IMG/VR virus record: IMGVR_UViG_3300033233_000006
Span: 32,001-96,000 of that record
From: a virus
Direction: 5' to 3' (one strand)
Length of the DNA: 64,000 nucleotides
The notes under the pieces are model-generated. The model made no database searches. It saw nothing but the letters and a program-made list of their open reading frames with translations, and had not been told where the DNA came from. Positions 22,963 through 31,552 of this stretch are shown here, piece after piece. Numbering within the stretch: position 1 is the stretch's first letter; each line of letters opens with the position of its first letter. The translations under genes and the position numbers were made by a program.

Positions 22963-23303
22963 GCGGCGACCTGCCCAAGACGCTCCAAGACGGCCAGCAT
23001 CGCCCCGACCCCCAGGAGCGCGAGCTGGCCGAGAAGACGATCGAGCTGTCCGCGCTGGTGGACGACATCAAGCAGATGCGGGAACGGCTCATCCTCAAGT
23101 CGTCGGCGATCTTCAAGCGAATCCGATCGGGCGAGAAGCTCAAGGCGTCGGAGCGGCAGAAGGTCGAAAAGCTCGCCAAGCACTTCGGCAAGACGCCGTT
23201 CGGGCTCACTGAGGCAGTTCGAGCCGCCAAGGAGGCCGATCTCAGTCCGATGCTCCACGCCTGGATCGAGGCGACGGAAGCACGGGTAACTCGGGGGCTG
23301 TGA
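22959..23303 (+). CDS. Helical hypothetical protein
   Basis: ATGA overlap; GGTAGAAC 6 nt upstream. Confidence 0.7.
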   Translation: MSGDLPKTLQDGQHRPDPQERELAEKTIELSALVDDIKQMRERLILKSSAIFKRIRSGEKLKASERQKVEKLAKHFGKTPFGLTEAVRAAKEADLSPMLHAWIEATEARVTRGL

Positions 23304-23306
23304 CCA

Positions 23307-23552
23307 ATGCGCGACGCCGATGGCCGCTACTACAAGGTGCTCGATCGCGTCGTGGTCGAGCCGGCGTGGCACGACGGCTCCAGCATCGGAACGACCCACC
23401 TGGTCGGGCGGCCTACGCGCGGCACGCTCATGGAGACGGAGGGGCCCTCTCGGTTCCGCATCCGACTCGACAACGGCCCGATCATCTACGCGATGCCGGA
23501 GTACGTCCGGCACCTCGACGCGATCGAGGCGGTTTCCGAGGCTGACCGATGA
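23307..23552 (+). CDS. SH3-like protein with tag (LDAIEAVSEA)
   Basis: YKVLDRVVV...FRIRLDNG. Confidence 0.68.
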   Translation: MRDADGRYYKVLDRVVVEPAWHDGSSIGTTHLVGRPTRGTLMETEGPSRFRIRLDNGPIIYAMPEYVRHLDAIEAVSEADR

Positions 23553-23806
23553 GCGAGAAGCCACTGCCGTGCCCCTTCGCCGCTTATGCGCTGGTCAAGG
23601 TGCCCGAATGGGCACGTCCTCTGTACGTCGGGGTTGTCATGGGCACTGAGTCTCGACTCGCGCCCACACCGGCGGGGGCTCGCCCAGACGGCGCCTGGAC
23701 CTGGTTCATCACGATCGACTTCGGGAAGGGAAGAGGCGTTGGCGTTTTTGAGATGCGACACGTCAAACACGTCGACCCGATCTCGGCGCTGGCGCTCATC
23801 CGATGA
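23549..23806 (+). CDS. SH3-like protein with tag (VDPISALALI)
   Basis: ATGA overlap; YVGVVMG...FITIDFG. Confidence 0.68.
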   Translation: MSEKPLPCPFAAYALVKVPEWARPLYVGVVMGTESRLAPTPAGARPDGAWTWFITIDFGKGRGVGVFEMRHVKHVDPISALALIR

Positions 23807-24051
23807 GCGCCGAGGCGAAGGTCGGCGACTGCGTGCGCGTGGTGCGTCCGCACTCTGAGGGCGTGGACAAGTACATCGGCACGGTCGAGGACATCCGCAA
23901 GTACGGCCAATTCCTCCGTTACTACATCCGCCTTCGGAGCGGGAAGCTCCTCAATCTCGACTCGCGGGTCATCAAGCAGCTCGACATCGTGACGGGCTTG
24001 GCGATGCTCGACCCGGAGTTCCAGCCCGACTCGGAGAACGAGAAGCCGTGA
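23803..24051 (+). CDS. SH3-like protein with tag (LDIVTGLAML)
   Basis: ATGA overlap; KVGDCVRVV...YIGTVEDI. Confidence 0.7.
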   Translation: MSAEAKVGDCVRVVRPHSEGVDKYIGTVEDIRKYGQFLRYYIRLRSGKLLNLDSRVIKQLDIVTGLAMLDPEFQPDSENEKP

Positions 24052-24281
24052 GCGGCTTCGAGCGCGGGCAGCGCGTGATCGTTCAGCCAGACAAGAACCT
24101 CGAAGTGGTGCGCGCTGAGGGAGTGGAGATCCGGCTCCCGGCGTTCGGTACCATCGCCCAAGAAGACCCGTGGGGTTATGCGATCGTCCTCGTAGACGGG
24201 CTCACCGAACCGAAGTCGTTCCCGGCCTGGCGCTGCACGCCGCGGAACGTCATCGACGAGATCGGGATGCTCGATAAGTAG
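24048..24281 (+). CDS. SH3-like protein with tag (NVIDEIGML)
   Basis: GTGA overlap; FERGQRVIV. Confidence 0.7.
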   Translation: MSGFERGQRVIVQPDKNLEVVRAEGVEIRLPAFGTIAQEDPWGYAIVLVDGLTEPKSFPAWRCTPRNVIDEIGMLDK

Positions 24282-24360
24282 CGCCACGGCCCGAACTTCG
24301 ACTCGATGCAACTCCTCGCCGGTCGCGTGTCTCAGGGTAGAACGAGGGCGAGGTGACGGC

Positions 24361-24780
24361 GTGGGCATATTCGAGAAGGCGACCAAGTCGAAGCTGACCA
24401 AGAACGGGCGCAAGCTGTCACTCACCTTCACGCAGCTCGTCGGACTGCGCGCGGCGATCCCACACGCGTTCGAGCTGGGCGGTCTCCAGCCGGAGATCGC
24501 TGCGCAGCTTGTTGCTCTTCGGGCGTGGCTCCCCAAGCCACCGATCCCGCACCCGACCACGGACGAAGGCACGATCACGGCGTGGCGAAGCGAGTGGCAA
24601 GGGACGCACCACCTCACGGTGCCGGGCGAGCACCTGACCGCGCTCGCGTTCGCGCTCAAGTTCGCCTTCTGGCTCGCCACGCAGGGGCTCATCGTCGGCC
24701 AGCCGATCGTCTACCAGCGTCGGATCGAGGCGATCGAGAAGCTCGGCGCCGTCGATCTTCTTGCGATCGCGGAGGGCTAG
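24361..24780 (+). CDS. Hypothetical protein with tag (GAVDLLAIA)
   Basis: GGGTAGAAC and RBS GAGGT upstream. Confidence 0.68.
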   Translation: MGIFEKATKSKLTKNGRKLSLTFTQLVGLRAAIPHAFELGGLQPEIAAQLVALRAWLPKPPIPHPTTDEGTITAWRSEWQGTHHLTVPGEHLTALAFALKFAFWLATQGLIVGQPIVYQRRIEAIEKLGAVDLLAIAEG

Positions 24781-24782
24781 TC

Positions 24783-25157
24783 ATGTCTGTCGACTTCGTC
24801 TTCACGATCCCGTTGAGGTACCACGCCGAGGCGGTCGCGGTCTCCAAAGCCGCCGCCTTCGCGGAGGCGTCAGCCGCGGCGGACCGCGTCCTCAGCGCGA
24901 TCGAGCGCGGAACGAAGATCACCGCACTCTACCCGTCCCTTACGCCGCACGATGCGATCGAAGTCCGCGTGGGGCTCGACGACATCTCGGCGCTCAAGGC
25001 GATCCTCGATGCGAACCACTCGCACAGCTTTCCCGTCGTTTCTCCCGACACCGACGAGGTCCAGCTCGACTGGGAGGACTGGAGCTGGCACACGATGCAC
25101 TTGCTCTACTCGTTCGAGCGCGAGTCGGTCGTCGATCATCTCGGGAAGATCCAGTGA
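24783..25157 (+). CDS. Hypothetical protein with tag (SVVDHLGKI)
   Basis: RBS GGAGG; ATG 24783. Confidence 0.68.
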   Translation: MSVDFVFTIPLRYHAEAVAVSKAAAFAEASAAADRVLSAIERGTKITALYPSLTPHDAIEVRVGLDDISALKAILDANHSHSFPVVSPDTDEVQLDWEDWSWHTMHLLYSFERESVVDHLGKIQ

Positions 25158-25537
25158 GCCTTCCCGCGTTTCAGCTCACGTCCCCCGCGCCGCGCGATCT
25201 CTACGAGGTGATGACCTGCGCCGAGCAGATCCTCTGGGACACCAGGAACGAGAAGATGCGACCCGACAGCAACCGCGAGTCGCTCCAGCGGATCGTTGCC
25301 GTGATCAAGACGGACCCCGACTACGGTCGTGGGTGCATCCCCAGCCGATCGCCTGTGCTCGAAATCGCGCACGAAGATGTCCGCACTCTGCGCTTCGTCT
25401 TCCTCGTCCTCCACACCGAGCTGGCGATCAAGGAGGAAGTGACCATCCGCTACGAGGAGTGGCTCGAAGTGACGATGGAGACCCTCGCCAAGATCGGCGA
25501 CACCTCGATCGTCGAGCACATCGGACGAATCCTGTGA
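25154..25537 (+). CDS. Hypothetical protein with tag (SIVEHIGRI)
   Basis: GTGA overlap; begins MSLPAF like next gene. Confidence 0.68.
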   Translation: MSLPAFQLTSPAPRDLYEVMTCAEQILWDTRNEKMRPDSNRESLQRIVAVIKTDPDYGRGCIPSRSPVLEIAHEDVRTLRFVFLVLHTELAIKEEVTIRYEEWLEVTMETLAKIGDTSIVEHIGRIL

Positions 25538-25896
25538 GCCTACCCGCGTTCAAGTTCTACGTTCACGCCGGCATCTTCACAGGCTTCGTGGAGGGCCTTC
25601 GCGTTCACAGCCTGAAGACCAACGGCATGCCCGAACCGCCGTTCGTCTGCGATCGGCCCGCCATCAAGGCGATCGACGAGATGGCGGCGCTCAACGCCCA
25701 CCGGCTCCAGCTTCACTGGACGATTCCCTACGACCTGCTCGACGCTCTCATGGACGTGCTCGCGTGGTGGATGGCGAACACGAAAGCCGGCGCGTTGACC
25801 GACGCGGACGAGTTCGCGTTCGACCTCCTCGAATCGGCCCGGGAGTGGCGGCGTCGGTCGATCGTCGATCACATCAGCGAGATCCGGCATGAGTAA
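25534..25896 (+). CDS. Hypothetical protein with tag (SIVDHISEI)
   Basis: GTGA overlap; begins MSLPAF. Confidence 0.68.
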   Translation: MSLPAFKFYVHAGIFTGFVEGLRVHSLKTNGMPEPPFVCDRPAIKAIDEMAALNAHRLQLHWTIPYDLLDALMDVLAWWMANTKAGALTDADEFAFDLLESAREWRRRSIVDHISEIRHE

Positions 25897-26290
25897 AGAC
25901 CGACTCGGACCCCCGGTTCGTGTCGAGATCGCAGCCGGCGAGTGGCAGGTCTTCATGCTCGGCCTCTCGTGGGCGATCCGTCGCAGCTACGTCGATCACG
26001 TTACGCTCGGCTACTCGGCGCTTGTCGAGGAGGCGCTTCTCGCGGCGAGCAAGAAGCGGCGGACGCGCGACAAGACGCCCGCCGTGCTCGAATTGCCGAG
26101 GTCGACGCTCGACTGGACTGGCGAGGCGCTCATCCGGGCCAGTCGCGACGCGAAGGCCAAGGTCAACTACTTCAATGGTCGCACGACTAAGGAACGGCGA
26201 GCGTTCATGCGGAACGCCGGGAAGACGATCGAGCGTCTCAAGGCGGAGAACAAGAAGACGGTCATCGACCTCATCGGAGACCTCGGGTAG
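25889..26290 (+). CDS. Hypothetical protein with tag (TVIDLIGDL)
   Basis: Coupled to upstream stop; typical codons. Confidence 0.7.
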   Translation: MSKDRLGPPVRVEIAAGEWQVFMLGLSWAIRRSYVDHVTLGYSALVEEALLAASKKRRTRDKTPAVLELPRSTLDWTGEALIRASRDAKAKVNYFNGRTTKERRAFMRNAGKTIERLKAENKKTVIDLIGDLG

Positions 26291-26308
26291 AACGGAGAGG
26301 GCTTATCC

Positions 26309-26677
26309 GTGTGGTATCCGAATCGAGATCCGAGCCGCGACCCAGACCTCGGCAAGCTCCACTACGGCGTGCTCGTCGACGAAGACTGGTCGTGGACGAC
26401 GCGCCAACCGCAGAAGGGCGAGCAGCGGCCTTACTCACGCGCGCTCAAGCGTGTGATCGGCAAGAACCCGGAGCTGCTCTCCAGTCTTTTCCGAGCGCTC
26501 GCTACCGGCGACGTGACGAGCATTCGTGTGGCCCAGGATGCGATCGCAGACGCCGTCCTGAGCAAGCGCTCAACGTGGTTCCGCAGCGACCGCGGAGCGC
26601 GTCAGAAGATCGACGCCCGGATTCGCGACCTCGCGCTCGCCGACCCGATGACCGTTCTGGCGACGCTCCACGAGTAG
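26309..26677 (+). CDS. Hypothetical protein with tag (DPMTVLATL)
   Basis: GGGTAGAAC and GGAGAGG upstream. Confidence 0.65.
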   Translation: MWYPNRDPSRDPDLGKLHYGVLVDEDWSWTTRQPQKGEQRPYSRALKRVIGKNPELLSSLFRALATGDVTSIRVAQDAIADAVLSKRSTWFRSDRGARQKIDARIRDLALADPMTVLATLHE

Positions 26678-26692
26678 GAAGGGGTGAGGGAG

Positions 26693-27034
26693 ATGAGGAA
26701 CATCGGCACTGACAACATCGTCGAGTTCGTGCGCGGGATGCTCAATCGCCCGATGATGTACTGTCAGTCGACCGAGTCGCTGGAGATGGCGCTCCTCACC
26801 GCCATGACCTGCTGGGCCTACGCCAGCGGAGCTGACTCGGACGAACGCGTCAGGAATCTGTGGCGTCGCGAGATCCACCGACTCCATGGCAACACCGGCT
26901 CGCGCGCAGTAACGCTCTCCGATCTTCCCACTTGTGGCAAGGCGATGCACATGGACGCTGTGACCGTGCCGATGCGCCGCATCTGGCTCGCGCTCACGGA
27001 GCCGATCACTGCTATCGGAAACGTCGAGCTATGA
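26693..27034 (+). CDS. Hypothetical protein with tag (EPITAIGNV)
   Basis: Purine-rich RBS; typical codons; start could be 26684. Confidence 0.65.
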   Translation: MRNIGTDNIVEFVRGMLNRPMMYCQSTESLEMALLTAMTCWAYASGADSDERVRNLWRREIHRLHGNTGSRAVTLSDLPTCGKAMHMDAVTVPMRRIWLALTEPITAIGNVEL

Positions 27035-27213
27035 AGATCCTGCGGTGTATGGTCTGCCACCACGAGCACCCGCTCGAAGACGCGCCCGAGCGCTGCCTGT
27101 GCGGTGCTAAGCTCTACGGGAAGTGGGCTCGGGCTACCGAGCGCGTCATGGTGGCCGCGCGGGCTCGTGGCGCTGAAATCAGGTCTCAGATCAACGTGCG
27201 AGAGCAGACATGA
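27031..27213 (+). CDS. Small zinc-ribbon protein
   Basis: ATGA overlap; CMVC...CLCG. Confidence 0.55.
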   Translation: MKILRCMVCHHEHPLEDAPERCLCGAKLYGKWARATERVMVAARARGAEIRSQINVREQT

Positions 27214-27599
27214 GCGTCGACGCCGACTCCATCAAGCAGAAGTGGGGTGTGCTCGCCGGTTCGCTCGACTCGAACGCGGCGGCGCTCATGGAGAGATTCG
27301 TTCGTGGGGAGACGGAGCTGCTCGAACGGCTTGAGGCAAAGGGCTCCAAGATCCCGGCGTGGGTGATGGCGGCGCACAGGCCGATCAACCCACCGCACAC
27401 ACCGCTCATCTCGGTTCAACCCATGTCGGCGCCGGTCGGCGGCATCGCGTTCTACAGGCCGCGATACGGGTCGGAGCCCGAGTGCATCATCGACGCGCTC
27501 GCCACGCTCGACTCGAAGAAGCCGGTCGAGAACCCCTACAAGCGCAAGCGCAGAGGGGGCGAGATCGCGCCGGGTCGCGAGGGTATGAAGACGGTCTGA
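27210..27599 (+). CDS. Truncated paralogue of the major capsid protein N-terminus carrying the tag (CIIDALATL)
   Basis: ISVQPMSAPVGGIAFYRPRYGS versus capsid SSVQPMTGPIGGVAFYRPRYAS; KQKWGVLAGSLD versus VAKWNKLLIGLD. Confidence 0.8.
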   Translation: MSVDADSIKQKWGVLAGSLDSNAAALMERFVRGETELLERLEAKGSKIPAWVMAAHRPINPPHTPLISVQPMSAPVGGIAFYRPRYGSEPECIIDALATLDSKKPVENPYKRKRRGGEIAPGREGMKTV

Positions 27600-27880
27600 T
27601 GGCGAAGTCTGGTCCGAGCCAGGAAGATGATGCTCGCCTCGCCGCCGAGCGGGAGAAGGTCGCCTGCCGCTACTGCGGCGGCAAGCCTATTCACTTCCCA
27701 CCGCCGGGACGCCCTCAATCGGATGCTGTCTGCGAGGACTGCTCGCATCGCGCGCCGTGGATGTCGGTCGTCGAATCCGTCGTCCAGTTGGCGCACCCGG
27801 AACCGAAGGCTGTCGACATCCGAGTCGACGGTGTCAAGTACCGGCCCACGACCGATTTCTCCAAGGAGAACTTCACTTGA
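27599..27880 (+). CDS. Zinc-finger protein with weak internal tag (SVVESVVQL)
   Basis: TGATG overlap; CRYC...CEDC. Confidence 0.6.
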   Translation: MAKSGPSQEDDARLAAEREKVACRYCGGKPIHFPPPGRPQSDAVCEDCSHRAPWMSVVESVVQLAHPEPKAVDIRVDGVKYRPTTDFSKENFT

Positions 27881-28230
27881 CCCCGAACAGGCCGGCGTTC
27901 GCCGCGTGCATGGTCGCCTACACGGCGGTCGATGTGCTGGCGAACCTTCGGCTCAAGGTCTGGCTCGCCGATGGAAGCTGGATAGCGTTCGCGCAGGGCA
28001 TGTTCTTCTACGTCGGATGCGGCGCGCTGTGGGCGCTGAGCCTCAAGTTCGAGAGCTTCGCCAAAGCAGCGCTCGTCTACACGCTGATTGCCCTCGCGGC
28101 GGGCGTCATCCTCGGCGTATTCTTCTTCAAGGAGAAGCTGTCGACGTTGAACTGGGTGGGCGTGGGCGTCGCGCTCATCGCCATCATCCTCGTCGAGTGG
28201 CCCAGCAACCAGGGAGTGAACGAACAGTGA
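27877..28230 (+). CDS. Small multidrug resistance / DMT-family membrane protein
   Basis: Four hydrophobic helices; GVFFFKEKLSTLNWVGVGVAL signature; start TTG 27877 or ATG 27910. Confidence 0.75.
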   Translation: MTPNRPAFAACMVAYTAVDVLANLRLKVWLADGSWIAFAQGMFFYVGCGALWALSLKFESFAKAALVYTLIALAAGVILGVFFFKEKLSTLNWVGVGVALIAIILVEWPSNQGVNEQ

Positions 28231-28508
28231 GCGAAGACAACGAGATGCCGAACGGCGAGATCCCCCACCGCACCGACGAGCGCGAGTGGCGCCCAGGAGA
28301 ACTTGCCGAGGTGAAGACGCGCGGCGCGGGTCCGGGCCAGCGCGTCAAGATCCTCTCGGCGTGGTGGGGCAAGGACACCGGTCACCGCGTCTGCAAGGTC
28401 ATCGACGAGTCGACCGGCAAGGAGTACGTCGTCTTCGGCGACGTGCTCAAGCCGCTCGATGCGGTCACGGCGGTCGGCGGCGCGGCTTCGACCACCCAGC
28501 AGCGGTGA
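28227..28508 (+). CDS. SH3/KOW-like protein with tag (LDAVTAVGGA)
   Basis: GTGA overlap; WRPGELAEVK...GQRVKIL. Confidence 0.68.
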   Translation: MSEDNEMPNGEIPHRTDEREWRPGELAEVKTRGAGPGQRVKILSAWWGKDTGHRVCKVIDESTGKEYVVFGDVLKPLDAVTAVGGAASTTQQR

Positions 28509-28735
28509 ACCGGGTCTACGAGTTCGCGGTAGGAGAACGTGTCAGGTGGGAGTATCCGCCCGGCGAGTTCGGCGTGGTCACGAAGCTCGGCCCGCCGAAC
28601 GGCATCTTCGGGAACTACGGAGTCCTCGTGAAGTGGGACGACAGGAAAGACCCGGCGTGGCATGACGATCTCGACCTCGTTTCGGCACCAGTCGTCGACC
28701 TCCTCGCCTCCATCCATGCGCACCATCGGCACTGA
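28505..28735 (+). CDS. SH3-like protein with tag (PVVDLLASI)
   Basis: GTGA overlap; FAVGERVRW...FGVVTK...VLVKWDD. Confidence 0.7.
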   Translation: MNRVYEFAVGERVRWEYPPGEFGVVTKLGPPNGIFGNYGVLVKWDDRKDPAWHDDLDLVSAPVVDLLASIHAHHRH

Positions 28736-29039
28736 TACCGCTCGCCGGTGCGCGCAGATGCGCATTGGCGGCGGTCGCCAGGTCGCCTGCAACAAGCCGG
28801 CGACCTGGCGCGTCGGCCTCGGGCTCCGCTCCTACAAGGACGGCCAAGAGCGGCTCTACATGATCGACGCAGCGGTGTGCTGTAACCGCTGCCGCGCGTC
28901 GGTCACCTTGAAGAACTTCGTCGACGACCGCATCTTCGCCTACGTCTCCCATCAGGCTATCGCAAGCGGGTGGCCGCCGCCCAAGCGGGGGCTCGTGCGG
29001 CTCGTGTTCGAGCACCTACGCCGCGGCTACACCACGTAG
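28716..29039 (+). CDS. Cys-containing hypothetical protein
   Basis: C...C...CCNRC; typical codons. Confidence 0.55.
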   Translation: MRTIGTDTARRCAQMRIGGGRQVACNKPATWRVGLGLRSYKDGQERLYMIDAAVCCNRCRASVTLKNFVDDRIFAYVSHQAIASGWPPPKRGLVRLVFEHLRRGYTT

Positions 29040-29094
29040 ACCAGCTACCGCGTTCGAGTCCGGGGTGCTAGGGTAGACGCCGAAGGAGACCTCG

Positions 29095-29421
29095 ATGTCC
29101 ACCACGATCACCATCAACGTCGGTGCGGTTGCCGATGCCGTCCAGCCGGTTCTCGACGCGCTCGACTCGATCCTCCAGTCGACGGTCGTGCCGCTCCAGA
29201 ACCAGCTCGCGTGCTCGAAGCAGCTCAACAGCCCGCTCACGCAGGTCATCTACACGTTCCCCGACTCGGTCCCGGCGGACCAGGTCTACAACTTCTACCG
29301 GCGCGTGAAGCTGGAGACCGGCATCCTCGGGACGAAGCTCACCGAGACGACGCCCGCCGGTATCCCGCAGGCCCTCTCGGCGGTCGTCTTCGAGGTCCCC
29401 GCCTACGGCCAGCCGGTCTAG
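29095..29421 (+). CDS. Hypothetical protein
   Basis: RBS AAGGAG; GGGTAGAC upstream; strong codon bias. Confidence 0.75.
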   Translation: MSTTITINVGAVADAVQPVLDALDSILQSTVVPLQNQLACSKQLNSPLTQVIYTFPDSVPADQVYNFYRRVKLETGILGTKLTETTPAGIPQALSAVVFEVPAYGQPV

Positions 29422-29534
29422 TCGACACACTCCGACGCGCTCCTTGGTTTGATCGTCCAGCGCCGGGCCGTGGTGGGCTCGGCGCTGTTTTGCCGTCTGG
29501 CTTCTGCTACCTTATCCGCGAACTGGAGGGTTCG

Positions 29535-30023
29535 ATGGAGACGACGGCGGTGCTCGCACCCGGTCTTCTTCCGCATCAGCATCATCGCGCTGTCGGCACC
29601 GTCAAGAAGACGGAGGCCCACATCGCCCGCGTCAAGGCGGCCCACAGACGCGAAAGGACGAAGGCGTCGTCGCGGTCGCCCAAGTGGGCCTACTTCCGTA
29701 CGAAGCTCCTTGTCAAGCACCGGGCGGCTGGGAAGGGCTGTGAGGCGTGCGGCTCGAAGGTCGGACTTCAACTCCACCACATCGTGCCGTTCAACGTGAA
29801 TCCCAAGCGCGAGCTGGACCCGACGAACATCATCGTGCTCTGCGAGTTCGTGGGAGGGCTGGAGTGCCACGAGTTGCTCGGCCACGGCGACAACTGGAAG
29901 CGCTACAACCCGCGCATCCGCGAGGACGCGGCTGCGCTCATGGCCGACCCCAAGAAGCTCAGCGAGATCCGAGCCAGCGCAAGGAAGAATCGCGTCCTCA
30001 ACGCGCCCCCGCGCGCGAGCTAG
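29535..30023 (+). CDS. Small HNH nuclease (possibly packaging-associated)
   Basis: RBS GGAGG; CEACG...LHHIVPF...NIIVLCE...CHELLGH. Confidence 0.8.
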   Translation: METTAVLAPGLLPHQHHRAVGTVKKTEAHIARVKAAHRRERTKASSRSPKWAYFRTKLLVKHRAAGKGCEACGSKVGLQLHHIVPFNVNPKRELDPTNIIVLCEFVGGLECHELLGHGDNWKRYNPRIREDAAALMADPKKLSEIRASARKNRVLNAPPRAS

Positions 30024-30088
30024 CCGAACACCGTCTTCCGGTAGGCCGGGGGCGGCTTGTGCGATAGGATGGGTCCGAGGAGCAGTCC

Positions 30089-30958
30089 ATGGCGCCGACT
30101 CCCGAACCCCCGAAGATCGGTCCGAACGGGCTTCCCATCCTCTCCGGGCAGGGCCCGGTGGTTACCGAGGACAAGCTTTGGCGCTACGTCATCCGCCAAC
30201 TTGGCGGCGGCGTCACCGACGTTGAGCTGCTTTCGCCCGGCGACAGGGACCCCTACACGAAGGGGACGATCGAGGAGGGCGAGTCGGATCGCGACGACTG
30301 CTTCATGCTCACGAAGGAGTGGTACGCCCACCGCGTCGGCTTCCCCAAGATCATCTCGGTCACGCTCGGCAACCGGCAGAGCGCCTACCTCATGCCGCCG
30401 GACTGCATCGAGGTGATCGACCTCTGGCTTCCGAGCTTCCAGCTGCCGAGCCTCGACGCCGACCAGTTCTCCTACACCTACTTCTCGCTCCTCTTCGGCC
30501 AATGGACGAATCCGAACGCCGCGCCGATGCCCTATTCGGATCTCGTGCAACGGCTCCAGTATCTCGCCACGATCGGACGCGTCTTCTCGTCCGACCGCGA
30601 CTGGGAGTACAACAACACGACGCGCATCTTGGAGATCCTTCCGCCGCCGTCGGCGATCGGGTCCTTCACAGGCTTCCCGTTCGGCTCCGACGTGCGCGCG
30701 CTCGTCACGATCTGGACGAACCACATCGACGTGCGACAGCTCGACCCGATGGAGCTTGGCTTCTTCAGGCGGAAGCTCGTTGCCAGGGCCCACTTCACGC
30801 TCGGCAACAAGCGCATGAAGTTCATGGAGACGGCGAGCGCCGGAGGAAACGTCCAGCTCAACGGCGAGAAGCTCATCGAGATCGCCGAGAAGGCCGAGGA
30901 ACAGCTGGAGAAAGACGTGATAAATTGGAAGCGAACAACGCCACTTATTTCGGGGTGA
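30089..30958 (+). CDS. gp13: Neck / head-completion protein (T4 gp13-like)
   Basis: YVIRQLGGGVTDVEL N-terminus and GGNVQLNGEKLIEIAEKAEEQLEK C-terminus. Confidence 0.78.
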   Translation: MAPTPEPPKIGPNGLPILSGQGPVVTEDKLWRYVIRQLGGGVTDVELLSPGDRDPYTKGTIEEGESDRDDCFMLTKEWYAHRVGFPKIISVTLGNRQSAYLMPPDCIEVIDLWLPSFQLPSLDADQFSYTYFSLLFGQWTNPNAAPMPYSDLVQRLQYLATIGRVFSSDRDWEYNNTTRILEILPPPSAIGSFTGFPFGSDVRALVTIWTNHIDVRQLDPMELGFFRRKLVARAHFTLGNKRMKFMETASAGGNVQLNGEKLIEIAEKAEEQLEKDVINWKRTTPLISG

Positions 30959-30962
30959 ATTG

Positions 30963-31517
30963 ATGCCGAAATGGCGAGCGATACCAGGGTGCTTTGGCTA
31001 CGCGGCCTCGCGAAGCGGGAAGATTCTGTCGATCAAGACCGGCATCGTCCGCAAGTCTTCGCCGGTACGGTCGGCTAGTAGACCGAACGACCGACACCGC
31101 CGCGTGTCGCTCTTTGTCGGCGGTCGCCACAAGACGTTTGCGCTGCATCGGCTCATCGCGCGGACGTTTATCGGGCCGCCGCCGACCGCCAAGCACCAAG
31201 TGAACCACAAGAATGGCCGAGCCGACGACAACCGCGCTCGGAACCTGGAGTGGGTGACGCCGAAGGAAAACGGCGAGCACGCCGCGAGACTTCGACTGGT
31301 AGCGAGCGGAGAACGACACGGCACGCACACGAAACCCGAGACGAGATGCTTCGGCTCGAAGCACGGACGATCGAAGCTGACAGAAGCGGACATCCTTGAA
31401 ATCCGCCGTCGCGGGGCCAACGGCGAGTCCCAAGCGGTTCTCGCCGCTGCTTTCAGCGTGACACAAGCGTCGGTTTCGATGATTCTCACGAGACGGACAT
31501 GGCGGCATGTTGCATGA
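30963..31517 (+). CDS. NUMOD4-HNH homing endonuclease
   Basis: WRAIPG..GYAASRSGKI; LHRLIARTFIG...VNHKNG..DDNRARNLEWVTPKEN; C-terminal HTH. Confidence 0.9.
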   Translation: MPKWRAIPGCFGYAASRSGKILSIKTGIVRKSSPVRSASRPNDRHRRVSLFVGGRHKTFALHRLIARTFIGPPPTAKHQVNHKNGRADDNRARNLEWVTPKENGEHAARLRLVASGERHGTHTKPETRCFGSKHGRSKLTEADILEIRRRGANGESQAVLAAAFSVTQASVSMILTRRTWRHVA

Positions 31518-31552
31518 TGACGGTCCCGCTCATCTCGGGTTAGGAGTAGAGC

